Source: Kiritimatiellia bacterium (GTDB lineage: Bacteria; Verrucomicrobiota; Kiritimatiellia; RFP12; JBMNHG01). Taken from it: a stretch of DNA of 64,000 bases. Location of the stretch: positions 434,001 through 498,000 of the forward strand of contig JBMNHG010000008.1 of the NCBI GenBank assembly GCA_050950285.1, written 5' to 3'. Below are positions 9,647 through 22,400 of this stretch, one piece after another. The notes beneath the pieces are model-generated. The model made no database searches, was not told where the DNA came from, and saw nothing but the letters and a program-made list of their open reading frames with translations. Within the stretch, counting starts at the first letter, position 1. Each line of letters begins with the position of its first letter. Both the position numbers and the translations under genes were made by a program.

Positions 9647-12600
9647 ATGTACCTGAAATCCCTCGAGATGGTCGGCTTCAAGAGCTTCGCGGACCGGACG
9701 AAGCTCGAGTTCGAGCCGGGCATGACCGCGATCGTGGGCCCGAACGGCTGCGGCAAGAGCAACGTCTCCGACGCCATCCGCTGGGTGCTCGGGGAACAGC
9801 GCCCCACCGCCCTGCGCGGCTCGAAGATGCAGGACGTGATCTTCGGCGGCACCGACGCCCGGAAGCCCCTCGGCATGGCCGAAGTGAGCATCACCTTCGC
9901 CGACTGCGAAGAGGTGCTGAAGACCGAATTCAACGAGGTGACCGTCACCCGGCGCGTCTTCCGTTCCGGCGAAGGCGCCTACTTCCTGAACAAGACGGCA
10001 TGCCGCTTGCGCGACATCCAGCGTCTCTTCATGGGCACGGGCATCGGCACCACGAGCTATTCGGTGATGGCGCAGGGGCAGATCGACGCCATTCTCTCCT
10101 CCAGGCCCGAGGACCGCCGGGTGGTCTTCGAGGAGGCGGCGGGCATCACCAAGTTCAAGGCCGACCGCAAGGAGGCCATGCGCAAGCTGGACCAGACCGA
10201 CGCGAACCTGCTCCGCCTGGCCGACGTGATCCGCGAGGCCAAGCGCCAGATCGGCTCGCTCCAGCGCCAGGCGGGCAAGGCGCGCCGCTACCGGGAGCTT
10301 CGCGCGGAGCTTCGCGGGCTCGACCTTTTCGCGACGAAGCGCCGCCTCGCCGCCCTCGAGGAGCGGTTGCGCGGGATCGCGGGCGAGGCGGAGGCGCTGG
10401 CCGCCCGGATGGCTTCCGGGCAGGAGTCCGTGGCGGCCGCCGAGGCCGCCGTGGCCCGCGCCCGCGAGGGGATTTTCGAGGCGGAGCGCCGGATCGGCGC
10501 CCTCGTCGAGTCCGCGGCGCAGGCCGAGGGGCGGCTGCGCCAGGCCCGCCAGATGATCCAGGTGAACGAGCAGCGCGTGGGGGAGTACCGGCAGTGGTCC
10601 GAGCGCGACAACCTCGAAATGGCCGAGACCACCCGCCAGATCCACGTCTCGCGCGAGCTTCACGCGAAACTCTCCGACACGCGGCGCCGGATCGAGCGGG
10701 AGGCGGCCGGTTCGGCCGAAGCCCTCGAGGCGGCGCAGGAGCTGTGCGACGGCCACAAGGAGGCCGCCGACGCGGCCCGCGCCGCCCTCCAGCGCGCCCG
10801 CGCCGAGTCGATCGAGATCGAACGCCGCTGCGCCTCGCTCCAGAACCAGGTCTCCGCCCTCGAGGCCCGCCAGCGCGAGGCGCTCCTCCGCCGCGAGCGG
10901 CTCGCCGCCGAACGCGACCAGCTCGCCGAGACCCTCGCGGGCGTGGAAGAGGCGCGCGACGCGCTCTCCGCGAAGCTCGAAGGGCGGCGCGCCGCCGTCG
11001 CGGAAGAGCAGGGGCGGCTCGAGACGCTCGAGGGCGACCGCGACGCCACCGCCGGGGAGCTTTCCGCCGTCCGCCAGGAGGCCGCCGAGGCCCAGGCGCG
11101 GCTCGCCGCGCGCCAGGCGCAGGTCGACCTGCTCGCCGAGCAGGAGGCCAGCCTCGACGAGTTCCAGGCGGGGTCGCGCCTGCTGCTGGATCCCGCCAAC
11201 CCGCTCGCCCTCGCCGGCGGCACGGTGCTGGGGCCGCTGGCCGACCGCTTCCAGGTCGAGCCGGCGCTCCGCCTCGCGCTCGAGGCCGTGCTGCGCGCCT
11301 GGATCGACGCCGTGGTGGTGGGCACCGCGCAGGATGCCGCCGCGGTGGTGGAACGCCTCCTCGCGCGGGATCCGCAGGCCTCCACCCGCCTGGTGGCGGC
11401 CGCCGCCGCGCCGGACGCCGCGCCCGCCGCGCCCGCGCTCCCGCTTCCCCCGCCTGCTCGACCGGGTGGCCGTTTCGGCCGACTTCGCCGACGCCGCGGC
11501 CCGCCTGCTGCGCGACGTCTACGTGGCCGACGACCTTTCGCAAATCCCCTTTCCCGTTCCCGCCGGCTGCACGGTGGCCACCTGCGACGGCGCGGTCTTC
11601 CGCGGCGACGGGTGCGTCGAATTGTGGAGGGCCGGCGACGCGGCGGACAGCCCGCTCGCGCGCCGCATGGCCCTGGCGGACGCCCGCTCCGAGGCCGAAG
11701 CCCTCGAAGCCCGCGTCGCCCGCGCCCTCGGCACGCTCGAAGGCCTCTCCCGGCGCGAGGAGGCCCTCGATGCGTCCATCGCCGACGCCCGCCGCTCGTT
11801 CGAAAGCCTCCGCCGCGAAGCCGCGCAGCAGGAGGGCGAACTCCAGGGCGTCACCCGCGACGCCGATCGCGCCCGCCAGCGCCTCGAGGTGGTCTCCGCC
11901 GAATTCGCCCGGCTGCTCGAGGAGACCCGGGATGCCGACGCCGAGCGCGAGCGCCTCGCCGGGGAGCTGCAGGCCGCGCTGGACGGGCGCACGGCGCGGG
12001 TCGATGCCGTCGCCGCGAACGCCTCCGCGCTCGAAGAGGCCGAGGCGCGTCTTTCCGCGAGCGCGGGCGCGCTCACGGAGCGCCGCATCCACCACCTGAA
12101 CCTCGCGCAGCAGCTCCAGCACGCGACGGCCCAGGCGGATGCCACCGCCGGACGCCTTGCCGAGCTGGAGAAGCAGCTGGAAGGCCGCGGGGAAGGCGTC
12201 CGCACCTACGCCGAGCGCATCGCCGGGCTCACGGCGGAGATCGCCGCCACCCGCGAAGGCCTCGGCGGCATGGAGGAAGAGGTGGCGGGACTCCGCGAAA
12301 GCCTCGAGGTCGAACGCAAGCGGCGCGCCGGGATGTCCGGCGGGCTCGAAGAGGCCGAGGCCGCGCTCGCCGGCCTCCGCCGGACCTACGACGCCGACCG
12401 CGACCGCAAGGCGCGGCTCGACATCGAACAGGCCGAGGCCACCCTGCGGCGCCAGAACCTCCTCGACCGCATCCGGAACGACTACCAGCTCTCCCCCGGA
12501 CAGCTCGACGACGAGCCCGCGCCCGGCTTCCGCGGCGACCCGCCGGACCTCGACGAGGCCGACGCCCGCATCGACGAGCTCAACGCTTCCATCCTGGCCA

Positions 12601-13367
12601 TCGGCCCCGTGAACCTCGTGGCCATCGAAGAGTGCCGGGAGCAGGAGGAGCGCCTCGCCTTCCTGCAGGCCCAGGAGACCGACCTCGCGCGGTCGAAGGA
12701 GCAGCTCCTGGAGCTCATCCGCAGGATCAACCGGAAGTCCGGCGAGATGTTCCGCGAGACCTTCGACAAGGCCAACGAGAACTTCCAGGCGATGTTCGCC
12801 AAGCTCTTCCACGGGGGCAGCGCGTCGCTGTCCCTCCTGGAGGGCGGCGAAGACCCGCTCGAATGCGGCGTGGAGATCATCGCGCGGCCTCCGGGCAAGC
12901 GCCCGCAGTCCGTCTCGCTGCTGTCCGGCGGCGAACGCACGATGACCGCCGTGTCGCTTCTCTTCGCCATCTACATGATCAAGCCCAGCCCCTTCTGCCT
13001 GCTGGACGAGCTCGATGCGTCGCTGGACGACTCGAACATCGTCCGGTTCGTGCAGGCGCTGAAGGACTTCCTCGTGCAGTCGCAGTTCCTGCTCATCACC
13101 CACAACCCGCACACCATCGCGGAATCGGACTTGGTGTATGGGGTGACGATGCAGGAGCGCGGCGTGTCGCGCATCCTCTCGATGCGGCTCCGCGAGATGG
13201 GTTCGGGCGAGCTCGAGGTCGTGCCCGAGAGCGAGATCCGCGAGGAAGAGCCGCCGCCGCGCGGGAAGCGCCGCAAACGGCGGACGAAGGCGGACGGGAC
13301 CGCCCCGCTCCCGCCCGGAGACGGCGGCGCCGGCGGCGGCGCGCCGCGGGCGGGTCAGCCCGCGTAG
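9647..13367 (+). CDS. smc: Chromosome segregation protein SMC, about 1239 aa, with a +1 frameshift at the C5 run 11447-11451
   Basis: GFKSFAD, Walker A GPNGCGKSN, coiled coils, IGPVNL, LSGGE, Walker B LLDELDASLD, ITHN. Removing one C joins ORF 9602.. to ORF 11334..13367. Confidence 0.93.
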
Positions 13368-15640
13368 TCCGTGCGCCAGATGCGCGTGCGGTAGCGGGGG
13401 TCGGACGAATCGATGGACGAGACGGGGCGGCCGGAGGATTCGCCGGTCCAGAGGTCGGTCACCACCGCGGGTGCGGGGAGGGCGAGGGTGCGCGGGCCGT
13501 TCGTGGCGGTGTGGAGGCAGAGCATCGACCGGTTCGCGTAGACGACCTCGTCCCGCTCGCACCAGACGTGGGCGCCGGCGAAGCGCGCGATCTCGCGCAG
13601 CAGGGCCGCGTCGAAGCAGTGCATGGCGAGGTAGAGGGAGCGCCACGAGCCGTGGTCGCGCAGGGCGAAGGCGGGCTCGCCGCCGTCGCGGAGCGTGCCG
13701 AGCGTGGCCGCCTCCGGGTCGTCCGCGAAGAAGACGGGGCCGATGGAGCCTTCGGTGCCGAACGAGTGGGCGGGGGTGAAGGCGGCGAAGGGGCCGGTTC
13801 CCCGGGCGACGTCCACGTGGATGTTCTGCCGCCGGTTCCGCCAGCCGAGGCGCATGCCCACGAGCTCCTCCTCGCCGGGCGCGAGATCGCCGAGGGAGGG
13901 CCTGGCGTAGACGTCCGCCGCGTAGGTCCAGAGCAGGGTGCGGCCGCCGTTCTGCCAGCGCTTCACGCCGGCGGCGGCGTCGGGCGGGATGCAGGCGCAG
14001 TTGACGAAGACGAGGAGGCGGTATTGGCCTCCCGGGAAGCCGGGGTGGGCGAGGTCGTGCAGCTCGTAGGTGTCGAACGGGACGCCCGCGAGGCCCCACT
14101 TGCGGCCGGCCACGTCGAGGAGCAGGGGGTGGCAGGACTCGAGCTCGAAGCGGAGGAGTTCGCCGGACATCGACGCCTGGCGCAGCGGGGTGTCCTCCGA
14201 ACAGACGAAGGCGACCTGCGCGATGGAGGAGCGGTCGCGGTGGATGGCGTCGCGGCCGATGGCGGCGAGTTTCGCGAGCCCTTCCACCATCCAGGGCTCC
14301 CGGTAGTTGTTGCGGCGGATGTCGAACCACCAGTAGGGCGTGCCGGTGATGAGGTTGTGGGCGTGCTCGCGCTGGAAGATGGCGAGCTGTTCGGCCTCGT
14401 CGCGGCCGCAGTAGTTGTGGTTCCAGTTCCACACGCGCTCGGGGATGACGGGCTCGGAGGCGCGCGGGGGGATGGCGGAGGTGTCGGCGTTCCTCCAGGC
14501 CTCGCGCCAGGCGGGCTCGAGGTCCGAGACGGTGCAGAGGTCCACCTCGGTGTAGTGGAGTTTGCCGTGGAGGTTGAGGCAGGCGGGAAGGCCGAGGTAG
14601 CCGGACGGGCCGCCGGCGTAGCGGGCGTCGTAGGAGGCGATGTCCGAGACGAAGTCCACCCACGGGCTTTCGTTGAGGCGCTGCACGAGGCCGTGGCCGT
14701 ATTCCTGGATGTAGCTGTAGCCGCCCTGCTCCCACCAGAGGTAGGAGTGGAAGCCCCCGCAGACGACGGGGACGGAGGCGGCCTCCTTGGCGGCGCGGCA
14801 GAAGGCGACGAGCGCGTCCGCCAGCGTCGTGTTGAGGAAGGTGTAGTAGTCGATCGCGGCCTGGTCCTCGCGGGGGTCGCGGAGCGAGTAGGGCCCCCAG
14901 ATGTGGCTGCCCTTGCGGATGTGGCCCTGGGGGCACCGGGCCGTGTCGAAGGTGGGCGGCGGCTCGCGCGGGCCGAGGACGTTCCCGGGGTCGGCGCCCC
15001 GCCACGCGGCCTGGAGCTCCGCCTCGGAACCGTGGTATTTCGTGCGGAGCCAGGCGCGGAACTCGCGGGTGTACACCGGATGGTAGTTGCCGCGGACCGT
15101 CTCGGCGGTGTCGAAGAGGAGCCACTCCTCGGTGGAGCCGGCGTTCAGCATGAAGCCGATGATGCGGTTCGCCCAGCGGGTGCCTTCGAGCCACTTCACG
15201 AAGTCCGCCACCATGCGCGTCGTCTCCCCGAGCCAGACGGGCGAGACGATGTTGGCGACGGCGAGGGCGGGTTCCGGGGCGCCGGGCCCCTCCGCGCCGG
15301 GCGGATTGTGCACTTCGGCGGGGTGGGCGTGGGCCCACCAGCGGGCGAGGAGGCCGAGCCGTATCCGGATGAGCCAGCGGGTGGAGCCGGCGTTTCGCTC
15401 GAACAATCCGAGCTTCTTTTCGGCGTAGGACCAGTCGTAGACGCCGGGAGCCTTCCAGCAGTGGATGCCCGCCTCGATCCAGATCATCAGGATTTCGACG
15501 CCCGAGGAGACGAAGTCGCGGATCACCTGCGGATCGTCGAAGGCGCAGCTCGTGGCGGTCATGCCCTGGAGGGGGCGGCCTTCGACGAAGAGCGTCGGGA
15601 CGCCGTTCAGGCGTTGGACGGTGGTCGATGCAAAAGACAT
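13355..15640 (-). CDS. Cytoplasmic glycoside hydrolase, beta-galactosidase (GH42)-like TIM barrel plus trimerisation-like domain, 761 aa
   Basis: NGVPTLFVEG, GVYDWS, GSTEEW, FRAWLRTKY, TEVD, AGVPFD; no signal peptide; SD-like AAAGG; 13-nt tail overlap with smc. Confidence 0.7.
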   Translation of the reverse strand: MSFASTTVQRLNGVPTLFVEGRPLQGMTATSCAFDDPQVIRDFVSSGVEILMIWIEAGIHCWKAPGVYDWSYAEKKLGLFERNAGSTRWLIRIRLGLLARWWAHAHPAEVHNPPGAEGPGAPEPALAVANIVSPVWLGETTRMVADFVKWLEGTRWANRIIGFMLNAGSTEEWLLFDTAETVRGNYHPVYTREFRAWLRTKYHGSEAELQAAWRGADPGNVLGPREPPPTFDTARCPQGHIRKGSHIWGPYSLRDPREDQAAIDYYTFLNTTLADALVAFCRAAKEAASVPVVCGGFHSYLWWEQGGYSYIQEYGHGLVQRLNESPWVDFVSDIASYDARYAGGPSGYLGLPACLNLHGKLHYTEVDLCTVSDLEPAWREAWRNADTSAIPPRASEPVIPERVWNWNHNYCGRDEAEQLAIFQREHAHNLITGTPYWWFDIRRNNYREPWMVEGLAKLAAIGRDAIHRDRSSIAQVAFVCSEDTPLRQASMSGELLRFELESCHPLLLDVAGRKWGLAGVPFDTYELHDLAHPGFPGGQYRLLVFVNCACIPPDAAAGVKRWQNGGRTLLWTYAADVYARPSLGDLAPGEEELVGMRLGWRNRRQNIHVDVARGTGPFAAFTPAHSFGTEGSIGPVFFADDPEAATLGTLRDGGEPAFALRDHGSWRSLYLAMHCFDAALLREIARFAGAHVWCERDEVVYANRSMLCLHTATNGPRTLALPAPAVVTDLWTGESSGRPVSSIDSSDPRYRTRIWRTDYAG

Positions 15641-15858
15641 GGGGAAGCCTTTCTCGCGTGGATGGGTGCAAGCTCCAGACAGGATAGCAGGTTTCCGGAT
15701 TCTGTCACCCGGTGTTTGAACCCGCGTCCCTGCGGGGAAATGCAACGGCCTGCAACGGCGCCGATCCCCGAAAAAATCATTGTGCCGCCCATACCGAAGT
15801 GCTATTCTCCTACCCATCGGCTTATGCTGTTTTCAGGCCGCGAAGACCGGCTTCCCCC

Positions 15859-16419
15859 ATGGAATTGACTGCAAATCTCCTTGCGCGAGTGCGTTGTACG
15901 GCAGGAGGGATGCTCTGCATCCTGCTCCTTGCCGCCTGTCCGGTTCGTGCCGAAGGGGTCCCCGGAGATGCCGGGGATGTCCCGGCGGCCGGCGAAGCCT
16001 CTGCCGAAGCGCTCGAGCAAGAGCGGATCGAATGGTCCCGCGAGGTGCGCCGGCTGCACATGGAGTGGGTCCGCGCGCGCGCGAAGGCGGCGGAGCAGGA
16101 TCCGGAGGTGGGGCGGATGGAAGAGCGCGCGAAGGCTCTCGAGGCGGAGGCGGCCCGTGTCCGCGCGGAGATGGAGGATCGTCTTTCCAGGCTTCCCCAG
16201 TTGATCCAGCTGCGATCGGAGCTGGATGCTGCCCGGGAGCGTCTACAGGAGCTGGGGCGCCAGGTTCGTCCTGCGCGTTCCGCCACGACGCGGCGGGTGA
16301 TCCGCCGCAAGCCGGACGCAGTTCCGGCGCCGGCGCAAAAAGAAGGCGGCGATGCCGCCGTGGAAGAACACCAACGGGAGTCCGGGGCGGCAGAGGCTGC
16401 GGCCGGTTCCGGGGAGTAG
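15859..16419 (+). CDS. Exported coiled-coil hypothetical protein, 186 aa
   Basis: Hydrophobic N-terminal signal (MLCILLLAACPVRA-E) and E/R-rich heptads; 3 nt from the next start. Confidence 0.7.
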   Translation: MELTANLLARVRCTAGGMLCILLLAACPVRAEGVPGDAGDVPAAGEASAEALEQERIEWSREVRRLHMEWVRARAKAAEQDPEVGRMEERAKALEAEAARVRAEMEDRLSRLPQLIQLRSELDAARERLQELGRQVRPARSATTRRVIRRKPDAVPAPAQKEGGDAAVEEHQRESGAAEAAAGSGE

Positions 16420-16422
16420 TCC

Positions 16423-19400
16423 ATGAAGAAGAGCCTTTTCACAAGCCTGCTGGCTGTTTTCGCCGTATTCGCGCTGGGGCTCTCCGCCCTGGGGGCCGGC
16501 GCCCGGGTGGTGGGCGCTTCGCATGTGCCGTGGGATCGCCTGGACGAGGCCGACGTGGTTCCGGGCGAGCTGGTGGTCGGCTATCGCGACGGCGCGGTGG
16601 AGCGGCGTGCCGCCACGGCCCAGGGCGGAGGCCGCACCTGGAGCGCCCCCGCGCGCATGGAGCAGGTCCGCGCCGCCGCGGGCGTGGCCTACGCCCGTTC
16701 CTTCAAGCGGCTCCCCGCCGAAATCGTGACCCTTTCCCCGGACGCCGGCCTCGCCGGGATGCGGTCCGCCGCCGAAGCCCTTGCGCGGGACGAGGCGGTC
16801 GCCTTCGTCGAGCCCAACTACATCTACCGCGCCAGCGCCATTCCCGACGATCCCAGGATGGACCAGCTGTGGGGCATGGAGAACATCGGCGCGCCGGAGG
16901 CGTGGGACTTCTCCGTCGGCTCGCACGACGTGGTGGTGGCGGTGATCGACTCGGGCGTGCGCACCTCCCACGAGGATCTCGCCGCGAACATCTGGACGAA
17001 CCCCGGCGAAATCCCCGGCAACGGGGTCGACGACGACGGCAACGGCTACATCGACGACGTCTGCGGCTGGGACTTCGTGGAGGACGACGCCGTCCCGCAG
17101 GACGACAACGGCCACGGCACGCACGTCGCCGGCACGATCGGCGCGGCGGGCGACAACGGCCTCGGCGTGGCGGGCGTGAACTGGGCGGTGAGCATCCTCC
17201 CCGTACGCGGCCTCGGGGCCACCGGGACCGGATCGAACGAAGGCCTCGCCAAGGCCATCGAGTACGTGGCGTGGTTCGACGGCCAGGCCGGCCGCCCGCG
17301 CGTGCACCTCTCCAACAACAGCTGGGGCGGCTCCGGCGAATCCGAACTCATCCGCCTCGCCGTCGGCCGCACCGAAGCCGCAGGGCAGCTGTTCGTGGCC
17401 GCCGCCGGCAACGAATCGCTCGACAACGACACCAGCCCGTTCGCCTCCTTCCCCTCCAGCTACGAAAACGAGAACATCCTCGCCGTGGCTTCGCTCACCC
17501 AGGACGACGGCCTCTCCTTCTTCTCCAACTACGGCGCCACCTCCGTGGACCTCGGCGCCCCCGGCGGCGACAACACGGACGTCGGCGGCATCCTCAGCTG
17601 CGGCATCACGACGGATCGCGCCTACGAGACGATGAGCGGCACCTCGATGGCCGCCCCCCACGTCGCCGGCGCCGCCGCCTTGCTCTGGAGCATCGCGCCG
17701 GACGTCGGCTTCGCGACCATCCGCGACGCCATCCTCGATTCCGCCCGCGAGAACCCCGTCGACGCCCTCGACGGGCTGTGCGTCACCGGCGGCAAGCTCC
17801 ATCTCCCTTCCGCCATCGCAAAGGTCGGGAGTCTCGTCGTCTCCCCCGCCACCCCCGCCAAATGGGTCGGACCCGCCGGCGGACCCTTCACGCCGGGCGA
17901 CTACGTCTACACCCTCTACAATCCCACCACGAACGAACTCGCCGTCTCCGCCGCCTTCGCCGGGGATGCCTCGTGGCTGGCGATGGCCCCCGACTACAGC
18001 CTGGCGCCCGGCGTGATCCCGGCGGGCGAACGGATCACGGTGACCGTCTCCCTCTCCGGCGGCGCCGCGCTGCTGGCGGACGGCCGTTATGACGCCACCC
18101 TCACCTTCTCCTACCCCGATCCCAACACGGGCGATCCGATCGGGACCGCCCGCCCGCTTTCCCTCAAGGTCTGCGACAACTACGTGATGCAGTCGCACGA
18201 CGGCGGAGCCTGGGTCGAAGGCCTCGGCACGAACAGGATCGATCTTTCCACCGCGGACTTCGGCATTGCCGCCTTCCCGCTGCCCGTCCCCTTCGTCTAC
18301 TACAACGTGGCGTATACCTCCATGACGGTCTCCGCCCACGGCGCGATCGGCTTCGGGAGCACGGCCCTTCCCGGCTCGAACGCCGCGCTCCCCTGCGATG
18401 CGGTCGAAGACGCCCTGGTCTGCCCCTGGTGGGACGTGCTCGCGTACGTGGAGGGCGTCTCCTCCGTGACCGTCGACCAGGACGAAGCGACGGGCCGGAC
18501 GGCCGTCTCCTGGCGCGACATGGAACTCGCCTTCGACCCGGGTTCGCTCGTCACCTTCCAGGCGGTGCTGACCCCGGCCGGCGCGGCGAACGGCACGATC
18601 CTCTTCACCTCGCTCGCCGCCGCCGAAGAGTCCCATTCCGGATGCGCCCGCTCCGCCACGGTCGGCCTCCAGGACGACGGCGCCTTCCAGTCCTGCCTCT
18701 ACACGGTCAACGGGGAGCATCCCACGCTCGGCACGATGTGGCTGGCCGACGACCAGTCCCTCCTCTTCACGTGGAAGGATGCGCTTCCGGACGCCGACGC
18801 GCCCTTCGTCGAATCCATCGAAGCCCTGCAGCTCCTCTCCGGCGAAGACGGGTACGCCCTGCTCGAAGTGCGCTTCAATGAAATCGTCCTGGGGCTCGAC
18901 ACCAACGACTTCTCCTTCGCCACCTCCACGATCCAGGGCGAGCCGGCGGTCACCAGCGTGGCGGGCGGCGGCGAGCGCTTCCTCGTGACGGTCGAGAACT
19001 TCTCCGGCTACGGCCGCCTGGAAGTGTCCGTGGTCGCGGGCGCGGTCCTGGATCTCGCCGGCAACGCGAATGCCGGCTCCGACATCTTCCCCTTCACGAT
19101 GCCCTACCACCAGGTCTACTTCTTCGACGACTTCGAGAAGGGCCGCACCTCCTGGACCACCTCCACCAACACCTACGAGATGTCCACCGGCGAGATTTGG
19201 GAGCTGGGCGCGCCGCCTCCCCACACGCCGGACGACGACCTCCTCGGCCTCCACCGGCCCCCCCAGGCCTACAGCGGCGGGAACTGCTGGGGCACGATCC
19301 TCGGCGGACCCTACCCGCGGTACGCGAACGCCTGGCTCCAGGCCCCGCGCGTCCACGTGGGCGAGAACGTCGTCATCGACTTCCAGGTCGCCACGGACCT

Positions 19401-22400
19401 CGGCTACGGCTACGTGGACAGCCTGCGCTACGACGGCGACTTCGCCGTGGTCGAGGTCTCCCGCAACGGCGACGCCTGGGAGATCATCGGCGTTCTCGAC
19501 GCGGTCTCCCGCGTCGTCCCCTACAAGTCGTACGGGGAGTGGAACCACTTCGCGGTCAACCTCCCCGCGAGGTTTGAAAACAGCGCGGTGGATCTCCGCA
19601 TCCGCTTCGTCTCCGACGGCTACGACTTCGCTTCCATCGGCTATCCCGACGGCGCGGGCGTGTACGTGGACGACTTCCGCGTGTCGAGCATCCGGCAGGA
19701 GGGCGTCTGGCTCATCGGCGCCGATCCCTCCACCCTGCAGACGAACACCGAGGCGGAGATCGAAACGCAGGTCTACAACGCCTCGCCGGACGACCTCGTG
19801 GAGGTGTCGGGCGTCTACTCCACCGCGGACCGCGGCGTTTCCATCCTCGCCGGCTCCTCCCTCTTCTACGGCGACATGCGGTCCGGCGACATTGCGACGG
19901 GCCGCGTGGTGCGCGTCGCCGTGGCGGACGCCTCCGCCTTCACCCATGCCGTGGTGCCCCTCGAACACATGGCGTACGTGGCGGGCGATCGCGACCTCCC
20001 GAGCTCCACGCCGCTGGCCATCGATGGCGTGGATCCCGGCGCGAGCGCGACAAGCCTCGTCGCGCAGTCCCTCGCGGGCGTGACCGACTGGATGGGCCGT
20101 CCGCTGGCCGGCGACGGTTCCTCCGCCTCCCCGCTCGTGCAGATCCTGTGGGTGGGGCCGGACGGCGTGGCGGCCCCCCCGGCCGATCTCGGCACGCCCA
20201 CGGGCGACGACGTGGTGCTCTACACCCTTGCGGGCGGCCTGCCCTGCCTTCGCATCGGCGCGGGCGACGTCTCCGGCGCCGCAGGCCAGTTCCGCGACAC
20301 CGTCCTCCACGGCCTCGCCGCCGGGTCCGCCCTCTACGCCCGCGCCTGGTCCGGCGCCACCTTCGACGAGTCGGTGGCGTATGGCGACTCCGAAACCCGC
20401 GCCATCGGGGCGATCGACGGCGAGACCGTCGATTTCGGCGCCTGGACCGTCGATTCCCCCGTGCAGTACATGCGCGATTCGAACGGCGACGGCATCCCCG
20501 ACGGCTGGTGCGTGCACATCGGCGTCGACCCGCTCGCCCCCGCCGGCCCGCTCTTCGGGGACGACGCCGGCCGCATGGACGTCAGCGCCGGCGTCACGGG
20601 CCAGAACTCCGACGCCTTCGCCACCAACGACCTCGTGGCGCCGCGCCGCGCCCTCGCTTCGGGCGGCTTCGTCTATGTCGCGAGCCGCAAGTCCGGCACT
20701 TCCTTCCCCGGCGCCGTCCAGGTGTACTCGCTGGACCTCCGGCACCGCCTCGCCACCATCGAGTCGGTGGTCGATGCCAACGGAAAAACCCAGGCCTTCG
20801 ACCCCGTCGCCCTCGCCGCGGACGAGGCCCGGGGAATCCTGGCCGTGGCCGACATGAACCGCGTGCTCTTCTTCGACATCGACGCCGCCACCGGAAACCT
20901 CGCCTTTACGCAGGCGCTGCCCGAGTTCGGCACCACCGGGCTGCCCACCGCCACCGGACGCTTCAAGGACATCCGCGACATCGCCTACTCGCCCGACTTC
21001 GACCGCTACTACGTGATCGACTCGCAGCGCGTTTCCCAGGACTACGCCTCGTACTACCGCGTGCAGTCGATCGGCGCGGACCTGCAGACCACGCTCGTCG
21101 CGGCCCTCCTCGATCAGGGCGTCTCCGCGTTCCCGCAGCCGCCGTCCGCCCTCGCCCTCTCCGCCACCACCCTCTACCTCGCGAACCCCGGTCGCGGAAC
21201 GATCGAGCTGTGCGCCCCGGCGGGCGACAACTGGGTCCGGACCGGAACCTGGCAGGATGCCGCCGCCCCGTTCCAGTGGCCCGCCGGACTCTCCTGCGGC
21301 ACCGGCGGGCTCCTCTACATGATGGAGCGCGACGCCCACCGCCTGCGCATCCTGGACGCGGACGGCGTCACGATGGTCGCCTTCCCGCTGGACCTCGCCC
21401 CCGCCGGCTCCTTCGGTCCGGAAGACGGCAGGTTCCACAGCCCCGAAGGCGTCTTCGCCGCCACCGGCGACCTGGGCGCGACCTATTCCGCCCTCGTCGC
21501 CGACACCGGCAACAACCGCGTCCAGTGGCTCGACCTCCAGGCCGACACCGACGGCGACGGCATGGACGACTTCTGGGAGATCCGGAACGGGCTCGTCGTG
21601 GGCGTGGACGATTCGATGCTCGACCCCGACAACGACGGACTGCCCAATCTCGGCGAATTCCGCGGCGGAACCGATCCGCAGGATCCCGACACCAACGGCA
21701 ACGGCGGCGGCGACCTCTGGGACTACCAGAACGGCATCGACCCCGCAGCCCCCTCCGTCCCCGTCAATCCGCTGAAGGCGGCGTACGTCGTCGCCATCCC
21801 CTCCAACACCGTCTTCGCGGTCGGCGACACCGTGCGGGTGACCGCGGGCTTCACGGGCGATGTCGCGGAGGACGCCCCCGTGGCGATCGCCCTCCGCGGC
21901 GGAGCCACGACGGGCCCCGTGGCGATGACGCGCGCCGACGCCACCACCTACACCTTCCAGTACGTCGTCGGCGCGAACGACCAGGGATGGGTCGACGTCG
22001 AAATCACCGGGGCGCGCGACGCCGCCAACGGCCGCACCTCCGACCCCCCGGCGATCCTCTCCGAAGACCTCTTCCAGATCCTGAACGACACGGCCCCCGT
22101 CGTCCTCCGCGTCACCGCGACGCCCGATCCCGTCCAGGCGGGATCGAACGTGACGATCACGGTGGTCTTCGACCAGGACATCGATCCCGCGTCGGCCGTC
22201 CAGGTCGCCTTCTCCGGCGGATCCGCCGGGGCGGTGGCCCTTGCGCCTTCCGGCGGAAGCGCCACCAACTACACGGGGACCTACCTGGTGAAGGGGGCGG
22301 ACTTCGGCGCCGTCACGGGCGTGGTGTCCGGGGCGGCGAGCCCGGGCGGGACGCCGATGGTGCAGCCCGATCCCGCGTATCTCTTCACGGTGGCCTTCGC

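Noticed and set aside
11440..11455. Programmed frameshift in smc
   Set aside because: No canonical slippery heptamer; other indels in the window favour sequencing error.
9602..15868. 2088-aa SMC fusion protein
   Set aside because: After about 11450 the frame is a shadow; SMC continues in ORF 11334..13367.
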